Positions 13,260 to 25,524 of a stretch of 64,000 nucleotides of DNA are shown here, one piece after another. Within the stretch, counting starts at the first letter, position 1; each line of letters opens with the position of its first letter. The position numbers were made by a program, and so were the translations under genes. The notes below the pieces were generated by a model that ran no database searches, was not told the DNA's origin, and saw nothing but the letters and a program-made list of their open reading frames with translations. The stretch covers positions 88,786,001 to 88,850,000 of the forward strand of contig NC_086108.1 of NCBI RefSeq assembly GCF_963921235.1. The letters are read 5' to 3'. Source of the DNA: Mobula hypostoma. Lineage: Eukaryota.

Positions 13260-14209
13260 CTGTTGATTGAAGAGGAAACAAAGATGATTATTGTTACTTA
13301 TCATTCCAGGAAATGTTATAAACTTAACTAAATTTTGAAACTTAATGGCATAAGAAGAAATATACATACCACAGTATTATGCTGAAGCCTTAAGCACATG
13401 ATTAGTTGTGAGAAGCTGCCATGCGCTTAGAGCATAGAAAGGATATGTGCAAAGGTATTAGCGTATTAGATTAGTGAAGACTGAAGTTCCTGTTGTAACA
13501 GAGAACATTAACAGATTCTAAGTTCCTGTTGATTCAATATATTCTGTAAATAAAATCTTCAATTCATACTTCACATTAATTTTGAAACGCTCTGGGTTAA
13601 ATAACACCCAACACAATATCAATAATATTACCACTTTCATTGAAGTGCTACTGAAACAAACACACAATCCAAATTGTTGTCCATCAGAATGTGTCTGCCT
13701 TTGTCAGTCAAAATGTAATGACATAGTATATTTTGGAAAGGCAGAGTAATCCTATGCTGGGCTGAAATGGTATTTGTGAGCCTCTGCCAGTAGTTATTGT
13801 ATTAGACAAGGTATATATTTTGAAGCCAAGGTGGTATGTGACAGGCAGCTGCAAAACCTAAAGATAGTTAATTAAGTAATCTTGAATTTGACAAGAAAAA
13901 CATTGAAACATGTTTGCTTCACTAATATTATTCTGGGAAGGATATCTGCTGACCTTACCTGGTTTGGCCCAAATATGACTCCTGACTTATAGTAATCAGA
14001 TTGACTCAGAACTACTCTCCAAGTATCAAAATGCTACATTCACTATCACTTATTTATAATAACATTTTCTTGAATATTTAAAGTCAGAAAACAACTAAAG
14101 AATTTTCAACTTATTGTAATAACTTAAATAATTACATGTTTTATTTGTCTGCTTAAAGGCAAATGGGAAAGGCAAAGGATTCAGTATTTACCATTTTGCT
14201 TCAGTATTG

Positions 14210-15047
14210 CATAGAACCATAGAACCATAGAAACTACAGCACAGAAACAGGCCTTTTGGCCCTTCTTGGCTGTGCCGAACCATTTTCTGCCTAGCCCCAC
14301 TGACCTGCACACGGACCGTATCCCTCCATACACCTTCCATCCATGTATCTGTCTAATTTATTCTTAAATGTTAATAAAGAACCCGCATTTACCACCTCAT
14401 CTGGCAGCTCATTCCACACTCCCACCACTCTGTGTGAAGAAGCCCCCCCTAATGTTCCCTTTAAACTTTTCCCCCCTCACCCTTAACCCATGTCCTCTGG
14501 TTTTTTTCTCCCCTTGCCTCAGTGGAAAAAGCCTGCTTGTATTCACTCTATCTATACCCATCATAATTTTATATACCTCTATCAAATCTCCTGTCATTCT
14601 TCTACGCTCCAGGGAATAAAGTCCTAACCTATTCAACCTTTCTCTGTAACTGAGTTTCTCAAGTCCTGGCAACATCCTTGTAAACCTTCTCTGCACTCTT
14701 TCAACCTTATTTATATCCTTCCTGTAATTTGGTGACCAAAACTGAACACAGTACTCCAGATTCGGCCTCACCAATGCCTTATACAACCTCATCATAACAT
14801 TCCAACTCTTATACTCAATACTTTGATTAATAAAGGCCAATGTACCAAACGCTCTCTTTACGACCCTATCTACTTGTGACGCCACTTTTAGGGAATTTTG
14901 TATCTGTATTCCCAGATCCCTCTGTTCTACTGCACTCCTCAGTGCCTTACCATTAACCCTGTATGTACTACCTTGGTTTGTCCTTCCAACGTGCAATACC
15001 TCACACTTGTCTGTATTAAACTCCATCTGCCATTTCTCAGCCCATTC
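14210..15047 (-). mobile_element. Young 5'-truncated CR1 LINE
   Basis: ORF 14409-15026 (LVRPNLEYCVQFWSP) and (ATAGAACC)n terminal repeat. Confidence 0.88.
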
Positions 15048-16688
15048 ACCAGTGAAAATGGCCTTGGCAATTGTAGGGATGACTTAAAGCAGATTGAAAT
15101 GCTTGAGTGTATAGACATTAAGAAAGAGGATGTGCCAGAGCTGTTAAAGGTATTAAGTTAGGTAAGTCACTGGGACTGGACAAGAGATACCCTACAGTGG
15201 GAAGCGATGGAGGAGATCGCCGAGCCTCTGGCAATGGTCTTAACGGATGGAAAAGTACCAGAGGATTGGAAGGTTGTAAATGTTGTTCCCGTGTTCAAGA
15301 AAGGGTGTAGAGATAACCCAGAAAATTATAGAACAATGAGTCTTACTTCAGTGGTGGGCAAATTGTTGGAGAAGATCCTGAGAGACAGGATTTACGAGCA
15401 TTTGGAGAGATATAATCTAATTAGGATACTCAACATGGCTTTGTCAAGGCCATTTCGTGCCTTACAAGCCTGATTGAATTCGTTGAGGAGGAAACATAAT
15501 ACATTGATGAAGGTAGAGCAGTGAATGTAGTGTATATGGATTTCAGTCAGGCATTTAATAAGGTTCCCCATGCAAGGCTCATTCAGAAAGTAAGGAGGCA
15601 TGGGATCCAAGGAGACCTTGGTTTGTGAATCGAAAATTGGCCTGCACACAGAAGGGAAAGGCTGGTTGTAGATGGTTCGTACTCTGCATGGAGGACAGTG
15701 ACCAGTGGTGTTCTACAGGGATCTTTTCTGGGATCCCCTCCTCATTGTGATTTTTATAAATGACTTGGAGGAGGAAGTAGAAGGGTGGGTTAGTAAGTTT
15801 GCTGTTGACACAAAAGTTGGGGGTGTTGTGGATAGACTGGAGGGTTGTTAGAAGTTACAGCGGGACATCAATAGGATGCAGAACTGGGCTGCGAAGTGAC
15901 AGGTGGAATTCAACCCAGATAAGTGCGAAGTGTTCAATTTGGTAGGTCCAATGTGAAGCCAGAATATAATATTAATGATAAAACTCAGGGCAGCGTGGAG
16001 GATCAGTGAGATCTTGGGGTCCATGTCCATAGGGCACTCAAAGCTGCTGCGCAGGTTGACAGTGTTGTTAAGAAGGCGTATGGCATGATCGCCTTCATCA
16101 ACTTTGGGATTGAGTTCAAGAGCTGTGAGGTAATGTTAAAGCTATATAAAACCTCAGTTAGACCCCACTTGCAGTACTGTGTTCAGTTCTGGTCACCTCA
16201 CTACAGGAAGGATGTGGATAGTATAGAGAGAGTGCAGAGGAGATTTACAATGACGTTGGTTGGATTGGAGAGCAAGCCTTATGAGAATAGGTTGAGTGAA
16301 CTTTGCTGTTTCTCCTTGGAGCAATGGAGGATGAGAGATGACCTGATAGAGGTGTATAAGATGAAGAGAGACATTGATTTTGTGGATAGCCAGAGGCTTT
16401 TCCCCAGGCTTGAAATGGCTAACATGCGGGGGCATAGTTTTAAGGTGCTGAGAAGTAGGTACTCGGGGGATGTCAGAGGTAAGTGTGTGGAATGCTCTGC
16501 CAGCAACGGTGGTAGAGGCGGATACAATAGGGTCTTTTAAGAGACTCATAGATAGGTACATGGAGCTTAGAAAAATAGAGGGCTATGCAGTAGGGTAATT
16601 CTAGGCAATTCCTAGAGTAGATTACATGGTTGGTACAACATTGTGGGCTGAAGGGCTTGTAATGTGCTGTAGATTTCTATGATTCTAA
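15048..16688 (+). mobile_element. Degenerate CR1 LINE ORF2 fragment
   Basis: Frameshifted RT pieces (PENYRTMSLTSVVGK, VRPHLQYCVQFWSP) and 3' tail ...TTTCTATGATTCTA. Confidence 0.85.
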
Positions 16689-18234
16689 GAATAAGAGCTA
16701 TTACTTATTATTTGCAACAAATTATAAACTGAACTTGTATCTTTGCACTAAGTTCTTTTTACAATGGGAAGTGAGGTTATTTTCCAGGCAAAAGAGTGCA
16801 AACGTTTAACATAACATTCAGACTGAATAAAGGAAAAGGAAGAATACTTGCATATTTTTAAAGTTTATAACATATTTGTATTTAATCATTATCACTGTCA
16901 ACTGTGAATAGGGACATTTTAGTTTATTAAAGGAAGTATTGTGAGAGACAGTTGTCCATTTAAAGCAGTACTTTGTAAACTCAAAGTGAATTGACTTGCA
17001 GCTGAAAAGTGAGTTTCATGTCTTTTGCTAAAATCATCCTACAACCTGCATTAATATTTTACATAATAGCATATATTTTAGAAAGCTTAGGTATTAGAAT
17101 TATTAATGTGGACCAGACATAATGTATGTTAAATAGAGCATAGGATGTATAACATTAAAACACAGTAAGGCCCTTCGGTCCACAAGATTGTACTGACCTT
17201 TAATTTACTCTAAGATCAATCTAACTCTTCCTTCTTGCATCACTGCCCCTAATTTTCTATCATTCATGTATCTATCTAAGACTTTAATACTCCTAATGTA
17301 TCTGCTTTTACCTCTATCCCTGACAGGGCATACCATGGACCAACTACTCTTTCCCTGACATTCCCCCCCCCCCCCCACTTTCCTCCAATCACTTTAAAAT
17401 TATGCCACCTTGTATTAACCATTTCCACCCTTGAAAAAGGGCTCTGGCTGTCCTCTCCATCTATGCCTCTTATCATCTTGTCTACCTCTATCAGGTCACA
17501 TCTCATCCTCTTTCATTATAAATAATGTAATTATATTATAATAAAATCTGTTTTTGTCACTTTACATTTAATGCTGCGAAGTGAGTTGGTAAATTACAAA
17601 TTTTACACATATTGTTATATTTGCATACACATGCACTTAGAATTCCCTGATTTTCTCATCTTGTTAAGGTTCATGGATCAGTGGAATCAGAATTTTGCGC
17701 AATACTGACGCTGATTAATGCTCAGAGAGTTCAGTATTGGTGTGGTTAGCTGTACATACAGCAGATGTGCACATGTTTTTTTTTAAGACACACTGTCCTA
17801 TCTTGGCAAAATGTAGGTTCTAAGTTCCTTTACGTCTAACTGGAGCACATTTTCAGGCCATTGCTAAAGGGGAAGGTGTTAAGTATGAAAGCAAGGTAAC
17901 TAACCTTCCATGTCTAACTAATGGGAACAGTGGCAAAGTCTCAGAGAAATAATTAAACAAACATACAAGCATTTGGAAAGGCTCCTACATTCTCTTCTAG
18001 CATCTCATTTCATAAGCCATCCTGAAGACACTCATCCCACAAATTAATGAAGAGCTGGGGCATTTCTTTCTGAGATTACACCCCCACCAGCCAGCCACCC
18101 TGAGTTTCTGATCAGTAAATGATGTGGAGCTTGTGCATGAATGCAGTGCATTAAAATTACCCAGTACTTCTGCAGCTCAAGGTAGCTCTATTCTGCTCTC
18201 TAGACTAGTACAGGGCTTTATTTCCAATATATAA

Positions 18235-18510
18235 TTATTTGTTGGGATACAGCGTGGAATGGGCCCTTCCAGCCCTTGGAGATGTGCCCAGCAATCCCAG
18301 CAATTAAACCCTAGCCTAATCACAGGACAATTTACAATGACCAATTAACCTACTAGCCAGTACGTCTTTGGACTGTGGGAGGAAACTGGAGCACCTGGAG
18401 GAAACCCATGTGGTCATGGGGAGAACTTACATACTCCTTACAGGCAGCGTTGGGAATTAAACCTATGTCACTGGTTCTGTAAAGCATTGTGCTAACCACT
18501 GTGCCACAGT
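18235..18510 (-). mobile_element. tRNA-derived V-SINE (HE1-like)
   Basis: Minus-strand head GTGGCACAGTGGTTAGC and V-domain-like GGGTTTCCTCCAGGTGCTCCAGTTTCCTCCCACAG. Similar copies at about 24445-24610 and 60665-60968. Confidence 0.75.
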
Positions 18511-18716
18511 GTCACACCTATCACCATCCTTTCTCATAAATTATATTGTTTAATGGATGAAAAGCATATTAAAATAAAAAATAGAAATAAACTATTGATG
18601 ATAATCAACTGATTTGTTATGTATAGTAATGATGCATCTTGTATTCTTTTCATACAAAATAATCAGAAATATAAAGTAAATATGAAATCATAACAAAAGC
18701 AACTTCTTGAAAGCAA

Positions 18717-19199
18717 ACATGAGAAAATCTGCAGATGCTGGAAATTCAAGCAACACACATAAAATGCTGGTGGAACGCAGCAGGCCAGACAGCATCAATA
18801 GGAAGAAGCACAGTCGACGCTTCGGGTCGAGACCCTTTGTCAGGACAAATGGGAAAAAGAGATAGTAAGTGATTTGAAAGTGCGAGGTGGAGGGGGAGAC
18901 CCAAAATGATAGGAGAAGACAGGAGGGGGAGGGACGAAACTAAGGGCTAGGAAGTTGATTGGCAAAAGGAATACAAGGCTGGAGAATGGGGAGTATCAAA
19001 TTCCCAGGTCTTAGCTTCGTCCCTCCCCCTCCTGTCTTCTCCCATCATTTCGGGTCTCCCCCTCCCCCTTCCACTTCCAAATCACTTACTACCTCTTTTC
19101 TCCATTAGTCCTGACGAAGGGCCTCGACCCGAAATGTCGACTGTACTTCTTCCTATTGATGCTGCCTGGCCTGCTGCGTTCCACCTGCATTTTGTGTGT
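18717..19199. mobile_element. Penelope-derived inverted-repeat element, one hammerhead motif per arm, 13-bp TSD
   Basis: Arms about 18752-18953 and 19001-19199 are diverged reverse complements. TTCTTGAAAGCAA at 18704-18716 and 19200-19212. Confidence 0.85.
19107..19142 (+). ncRNA. Minimal type I hammerhead ribozyme motif
   Basis: AGTC-CTGACGA-AGGG-CCTCGA-CCC-GAAA-TG-TC-GACT. Core intact; the stem III palindrome is ATGT rather than ACGT. Confidence 0.55.
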
Positions 19200-19227
19200 T
19201 TCTTGAAAGCAACTTTAAATTATTTAA

Positions 19228-19305
19228 GCAACACACATAAAAGTTGCTGGTGAACGTAGCAAGCCAGGTAGCATCTCTAAGAAGAGGTACAGTCGTTTGT
19301 GTTTA
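19228..19305 (-). mobile_element. Short Penelope-derived insertion with 12-bp TSD
   Basis: TAAATTATTTAA at 19216-19227 and 19306-19317. Body matches the left arm of 61139-61231. Confidence 0.75.
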
Positions 19306-21088
19306 TAAATTATTTAAACATTGCAGTCCAAAAGCACGAACAATTAGGAATATTTTCCAGGCAGTTAATTGTCTTACACATCAAAAGTATAATACAGTCA
19401 TTATTTATGTTGCATCAGATATTTGTGGAGGTATGTCAATGCTGCAGAATATTTTTGTTTATATAACTATCAATAATTACGACAAGAATAAGAAGTTAAA
19501 TGAAATGTTTATTTACAGAAAGATGATCACATGAAAATTTATTTTACAATGTAATAGTGTTAGTGGTATGTTCAAACTACAGATCTACAGCATTATACCA
19601 GAATCAAGTGTACAAAAGTAGAAAAGCAAAAGAAGATTATTTGTATAGTTTGCATTTGATTTGCTGTTTGTCACTGACCGGTATTAATTTCAGAGATACT
19701 TTCAGAGTGATGAATTCTGTAGTGAAATGTTGACTGAGAGCAGCATATCTTCAGGATTATAGAATTAAGATTTTATTGTTTAAAGTTATAATTGGGATAG
19801 ATATTCAACACTGGATCACATTCCATGAAAAAGACAGAGATCAAGGTTTATCTGTACTTTAACTCTGTTGAATCCTAGCATTGACAATCAAAAACATCTA
19901 TCAGCTAGTCTTATCAAGTTCAATTTACCCATTCTTAACAGCATTGCAGTCAAGAAAGCTCCAAATTTTTGCTATCCCCTGTGCAAATAACTGCTTGCTG
20001 ACATCTTTGTCATAGGGTCACATCGTCATACAGGCCCTTTCGCCCATCAATTCCATGCTAATCATTAAGTATTTGTACTAATGCTATTTACCAGCACTTA
20101 TTCAGTTCTCTGCCTCAGCAGTTCATTGTGGGTTATCTCCATCCATTTCCCCATCAGATAGTGTATTCTAGATTCTAACCACACACTCTCTGAGGGAGAA
20201 AAGGTCTTCCTTAGATTTCCTTTCATCCCTTATCCTAACCCTATGCCATCTAGTTGTGGATACAGTGCAATGGGGAGAATCTTCCATCTCCATGATCCTC
20301 ATAATTTTGTGTATGCATACAGATCTCCCTGCAAACTCTTCCACTCCACGGAAAACAAAACCCGGTCCATTCAGTTTCTCCTTGAAACTGAAAACTCACA
20401 GGCAACAACCTCTGCGTCCTTAATAATGCAATGCTGTCATTGCTAAAGTGTGATGGCTAGAACTGTACACAGTACTCCATTGTGGCCTAACAATGCTACT
20501 GTAACTTCCCTGTTCTTATATTCTATGCCTTAGTCAATGAAGGAAATATCCCTCTGCCTCATTCACTACATTATCTACCTGTGCTGACATCTGTACAGAT
20601 AACATCATGTACAATTTGGTCTCCTTTCCTTCTGGAAAAGACTGATTGCAGAAAGAGTGAAGCAAAAATTCACCAGACTGGTTCCTGAGTTATCAGTCAT
20701 GTCTTACATGCTGTTATTGAGCAGACCTGAGCTCTAATCTCCAGAGTTTGAAAGGTTGAGATGTGTCCTCATTGAAGAACAGAAAATATTTTGAGGGCTT
20801 GACATAGGGCAGGTGCAGGGAGGGTGTTTCCCCTGGCTACTGAGTCTAGAATTAGCGGTAAGTGACAGGATATTCAAGAGGGAAATGAGTAAAGATTTCA
20901 TCATTCATTGGGAGATGCATATTTGAAATTCTCTATACTGGAGGAGTATGGAAGCTCAGATACTGTTACATTTAAAATAAAGATTGTAGATTTCTAGATA
21001 TTAGGGGGATGGGAAGGAAAACAATGTCTGAGGTAGAAGGTCTCATGTTTGTGGTAATGGAACAATGAGTGTGTGTATGCATATCAGC

Positions 21089-21152
21089 TCTCTCTCTCTC
21101 ACACACACACAAACTACATACACAACCATTTACACACACACACACACACACA
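21089..21152. repeat. (CT)n/(CA)n microsatellite
   Basis: Visible dinucleotide runs. Confidence 0.9.
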
Positions 21153-21733
21153 CCCTAGAGTCACACTCTTCATACTCATACACACAAACCACACAAAAGG
21201 CAGTTTGAAAGTAGATGGTGTTTGCAAGTTCAAGAGGGAATTTCTTAGAAATTTGTAAAGCAAATGATTAGAAGTCTTGGAAAATGCTGCGGTATAGATT
21301 GTTCTTCAAATGCTGGGAAAAGTGATGATAGACTTTTCTGTTCCTGTGAATTCTAATGTGCTCAGTGCAAAGTAGGACTTCCCTTCCTGTTATGCCATGG
21401 AGCCTTGCCATTAACCAAGGGGTCCGTGAATTCAAGGTTGGGAGCCCCTGGTGTAAAGCATGAAATATACCAGGAAGGTACGATTCCTGGTCAGATGTTG
21501 CAGAAGTGGACACTATGGAGTCTGTGCAATTGATAAGGTTTCCCATGCACAGTTAGGTTTTAATTACTTTCTTTGCCTTAAAGCTTGTTAGTGGATGAGT
21601 GGCGTAACATTAAAGAAAATAATAACCAGTAGCTTTACATTCAGGATACATGTTGTCCATTCTGCACAAGATTAACCCATTAGTAAGTAACAGCAAGAAA
21701 GGCTTTCCATTTCAAATATAGCTCAATAATTTG

Positions 21734-22890
21734 TCACATAATAGAACAACAACGACACTTCTGTTTGTTATTTGTACCTGACACTGTGGAGTCACTGTAG
21801 ATTCCATCTTTATCCACCTGGTCACCAGAATAATTTCTGTAGGGAGAATGATTATTGTCTCGGCCTGAGATCAAAATGGATTTCCTTGGGAGAGAGTTAT
21901 TCCCTGCAGATAGAGTTATGGCAGCATATGATGTTTTATGTATCTCATTCCCAGTTGAAAGAGGAACGGGATGGAATACAGGATTAGTGAGGTCATTTGC
22001 TTGATGTGGATTCACTTCATCATCCTCATCATCATCATCGCTGATCATGACCAGTTCTGCTCGGATCGCTCCTTCAAACCCTAAAACTTTGCTGGTTTCA
22101 TTCTCGTCATTGACGTTGTGGTAGCCCATGAAGACCATAGTAACTGGTTCCTCAGTGTCAATGACAGAAGGCGAGGAACGGCAAACATTAAACCCACTGT
22201 CTAAATTTTCAGACATAGTAGTAGCTCTGCCATCATGATTGAGTTCAGAATTGACAAACACGGCCTTGCGGTAATTGTCCCTTGGCGGGTGACAAGGAAG
22301 CTGTGCTGAATTCGGCTCATTTTCAGGTAATGATGACTCATAACTTTGTCGACTCTGGCTTCGTGTGGAACTCGGAGACCAGCAATTAGATATTGGGCAG
22401 GATAAGGAAGTAGTAGGAGTGACCATTGCCTGTTGATAACTGGGCAAATTCCTTTCCAGATCTGTGTCACCATCATTGGTTCGGTAAACTTGAGCCTTCA
22501 CTGGGTCATGCCTCTCAATTCCTTCACTTTCAGCCATGTTTTCTTGAATCCTCGGCTCAGAGTCCATCTGCTCATTGATAAACATTTTAGGATAGTAGGA
22601 GCTGCTGTAGGAACTTGAGTAAACTGGGGCATGGCAAGCCACAGGAATATTCGTCTGTTTCTCACCAGCCTTTTGTAACAATGCTTCCACTTCCTCATGA
22701 GTCATGTCACTGACACCATTCTGAATCAGTCTCCCATCACTATGCAAAGCATATACTGATTTCACCCCATCTTCATAGACCTTCACACCTTTGTTTTGGA
22801 TTTCATCGATCATCACTGGTGCAGTCGACAGAACGGTGCTTTCTCCTGTCTTCATATCCTTTTGGACATTGATTTCCACCGCAAACAAAG
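21734..22890 (-). CDS. PALMD: PALMD large exon. Read-through ends in the CaaX motif KQKCRCCSIM*; an internal donor at 21777 leads to the 13213-13259 exon
   Basis: TAG| acceptor at 22891-22893. Paralemmin-family motifs LFAVEINVQKDMKTGESTVLS, GVKVYEDG, EEVEALL, EPVTMVFMGY, IRAELVMI. Confidence 0.95.
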
Positions 22891-23194
22891 CTATTCAGAA
22901 AATATTTATAAAGATTAGCAAAAACTTTTTCCTTAATCATCACAAGATCAATTCTTATTGTTATAAAAAAGTTGTTTCTTGACTGACTAATAATCAAAAC
23001 GATTTCTCATTGTTTTGGGAAAAAATGTGCCCATTCTTTCTATCATTGGGCTTTGTTACTGACTTTCTTTATTTCGCATTTCTTTGGTGAAGCATATTTA
23101 AACTTAACATGTTTACTGAAAAATACTATGTTATTGTGTAACATATAAGAAAGTAAATGCAAAATGAACTGAAGCAATTTCCAAAAATGAAACA

Positions 23195-23650
23195 GATGAG
23201 ACAGGTGCAGGAGTAGGCCAGATGGCCTGTCAAACCTCCTGCGCCATTCAGTACGATTATGTCTGAACTGGCTGTGCTACCTTACTTTTCCCCATAACTC
23301 ATAATACCCCTGCTATGCAAAAATCTAACTAACTGTTTCTTAAATATATTTAGTGAGGTAGCCTCTATTGTTCACTGAGCAGAGAATTCCATAGATTCAC
23401 TACTCTCTGGAGAAAGCAGTTTCTCCTCATCTCCATCTTAAACCTATACGCCCAAATCTTGAGGCTATGTCCTCTAGTTCTAGTTTCACTTACCAGTAGA
23501 ACTAACGTTCCTGACTCTATCTTATTTATCTCTCACATTTTTTCATATGTTTCTTTAAGATCTCCTCTCATTCATCTGAATTCCAGCAGGTAGAGCTCCA
23601 GGCAACTCAATTTCTCTTCCTAGGTTAACCCTCATCTCCAGAAACAACTT
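23195..23650 (-). mobile_element. Old CR1 LINE 3' fragment
   Basis: Begins AGGTGCAGGAGTAGGCCA and follows the other CR1 3' ends (AGAATTCCATAGATTCACTACTCTCTG). Confidence 0.7.
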
Positions 23651-23683
23651 CAGAGAATCTGCCAGTCTGGTATGGTGTTTTAT

Positions 23684-23986
23684 AGGCATCCGTTAGTCTC
23701 GTGAGACCATGGATTTGCGCCTTGGAAGGTTTCCAGGGCGCAGGCCTGGGCAAGGTTGTATGGAAGACCGGCAGTTGCCCATGCTGCAAGTCTCCCCTCT
23801 CCACGCCACCGATGTTGTCCAAGGGAAGGGCATTACGACCCAGACAGCTTGGCACCGGTGTCGTCGCAGAGCAATGTGTGGTTAAGTGCCTTGCTCAAGG
23901 ACACACACGCTGCCTCAGCCAAGGCTCGAACTAGCGACCTTCAGATCACTAGATGAACACCTTAACCACTTGGCCATGTGCCAACA
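23684..23986 (-). mobile_element. tRNA-derived SINE with CORE-like central motif
   Basis: A box TGGCCAAGTGG, B box GTTCGAGCC, GTCCTTGAGCAAGGCACTTAACC. Second copy at 39972-40282. Confidence 0.8.
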
Positions 23987-25072
23987 CAGTGTAAATCCTA
24001 AGCATACTGGATTAACAGAGTTCCACTGTAACTAATGGTGCTGATTTTCAGTGGTTGGCAATCTATAGCAGGTCATTGAATCCAACAGCACGAAGCATGT
24101 TTTTCCAGCCAATCAGACCACACCGACATTTAAGTAGCACTAACACCACTCCGATCCCATTTTAGTCTTTACGCAGTCCTATTAATTCCCTCCGCAGAAG
24201 AATAGAAAAACATCTTTAAATGGAGAGGGACAGCTGAATGCTGCTATCCAGAATGCTCCAGCTGTCTTTGTAGCCTGCAGTTACAGTCAACAACTAGCAA
24301 GGTGAATGGTCTTAATTGTAAAGGGAATCTTGTGCAAAAGTAAGATAATCTAGCTTTAACTATACAGGATATTTGTGAAATCATTGAAGGAGTACAGTAA
24401 GAATTTTGCCTCTTTGGTGAGAGGGATATACTCACTCTACTTCTGTATTTATTTATTTAGGAAAATAGCGTGGAACAGAACCTTCTGGCACCTTGAGCCG
24501 CATCGTCCAGCAACCCACCGATTTAACCCTAAACCTAATCACAGGACAATTTACAATGACCAATTAACCTATGAAGCAGTATGTCTTTGGAATGTGTGAA
24601 GAAACAGGAGTAAAGTCTTTAAAAGTCTTGTTGAATGAAGTGGAATTAAGTTTTTAAATCACATCCTGTTACAGTTGAACAAATTCTCAGGCCATGAAAG
24701 ATTAAATTTGTCCAGATAGATTGTGATTGAATAATGTTTAAACATTTACGGTTTCAAAAATTAGTATTTTTAAGAACTCATATTTCATATTTTATGATGT
24801 TTCTCTGTATATATGATCCAACTTTTATTTTGTTCTCTATTACATGCACTGGGTATTTTTTCTTGCTTCCTGATATTCTCCTTATAAGAATTCTTTAGCC
24901 CAGTTATGCAGTTAGCTTTCTCCACATTGCTGCTGGATGGCACAGAGTTTGATTCGGTGTTAATAAGCAGAAAAGTTCCTTCAAGATCAGCAAAGATCCT
25001 GGTTTTCATTGTTCCCCATAAAATCTGAGCCTTTGGAAAGAAATGAAAGGTACCCCAATCACATGAACCCAC

Positions 25073-25192
25073 CTGCTTTGGAACCTCCTGAGCCTTGTGT
25101 TTCAAATTCTGGACTTGCTTTTCTCTGCTTTACCTGAGACTGATATTTTTTTGCAGGATTTGAAAATTCCGAGTGTACAGACTTTACCTGAT
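25073..25192 (-). CDS. PALMD: PALMD internal exon (NQVKSVHSEFSN...GSGGSKA)
   Basis: CATAG| acceptor, CAG|GTGGGT donor, 120 bp, phase 1-1. Joins in frame to give SKAALFAVEI (mammalian RKALYAMEI). Confidence 0.82.
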
Positions 25193-25289
25193 CTATGAAC
25201 AGGGATACAATAGTCATCAATATAATGCAGAAATTAGCAGAACATAATTGAAAATTACTATGAAGCAAATATTAACATGGTTTTCTTAC

Positions 25290-25314
25290 TTCGATCACTC
25301 TCGGCCTGTGCTGC
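25290..25314 (-). CDS. PALMD: PALMD 25-bp micro-exon (AAQAESDR)
   Basis: TTTACAG| acceptor and GAA|GTAAGA donor. Phase 0 to 1, which is needed to join the flanking exons. Confidence 0.78.
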
Positions 25315-25524
25315 CTGTAAAGAGATAATAAAAATAAATTTTTATAAAAATTGATTGTGTTCCTGGAAAAAAAATGATCTTATATTAAATACAAATGATC
25401 TTATGTTAAATACAAGCCTCGCTGTATTGCATTGACCTTATTAAGAATTCATTAAAAAAAATCTTGTAAGAGAAATACGTAACTTGTTAATAAATGACAA
25501 GTTCTTGGATCGCAATTTCCTCAC

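Noticed and set aside
14210..16688. One CR1 with a twin-priming inversion
   Set aside because: Both parts have their own, different 3' tails and cover overlapping ORF2 regions, so they are two insertions.
21734..22888. Treating the 384-aa ORF as a stand-alone gene or as paralemmin-1 (PALM) because it ends CCSIM
   Set aside because: It starts at a splice acceptor (TTG, not ATG) and joins five upstream exons. The KKV[IL] terminal exon and the HAPVY motif point to PALMD.
23930..23986. tRNA gene
   Set aside because: The A and B boxes belong to a SINE head that continues into a repeat body present twice in the window.
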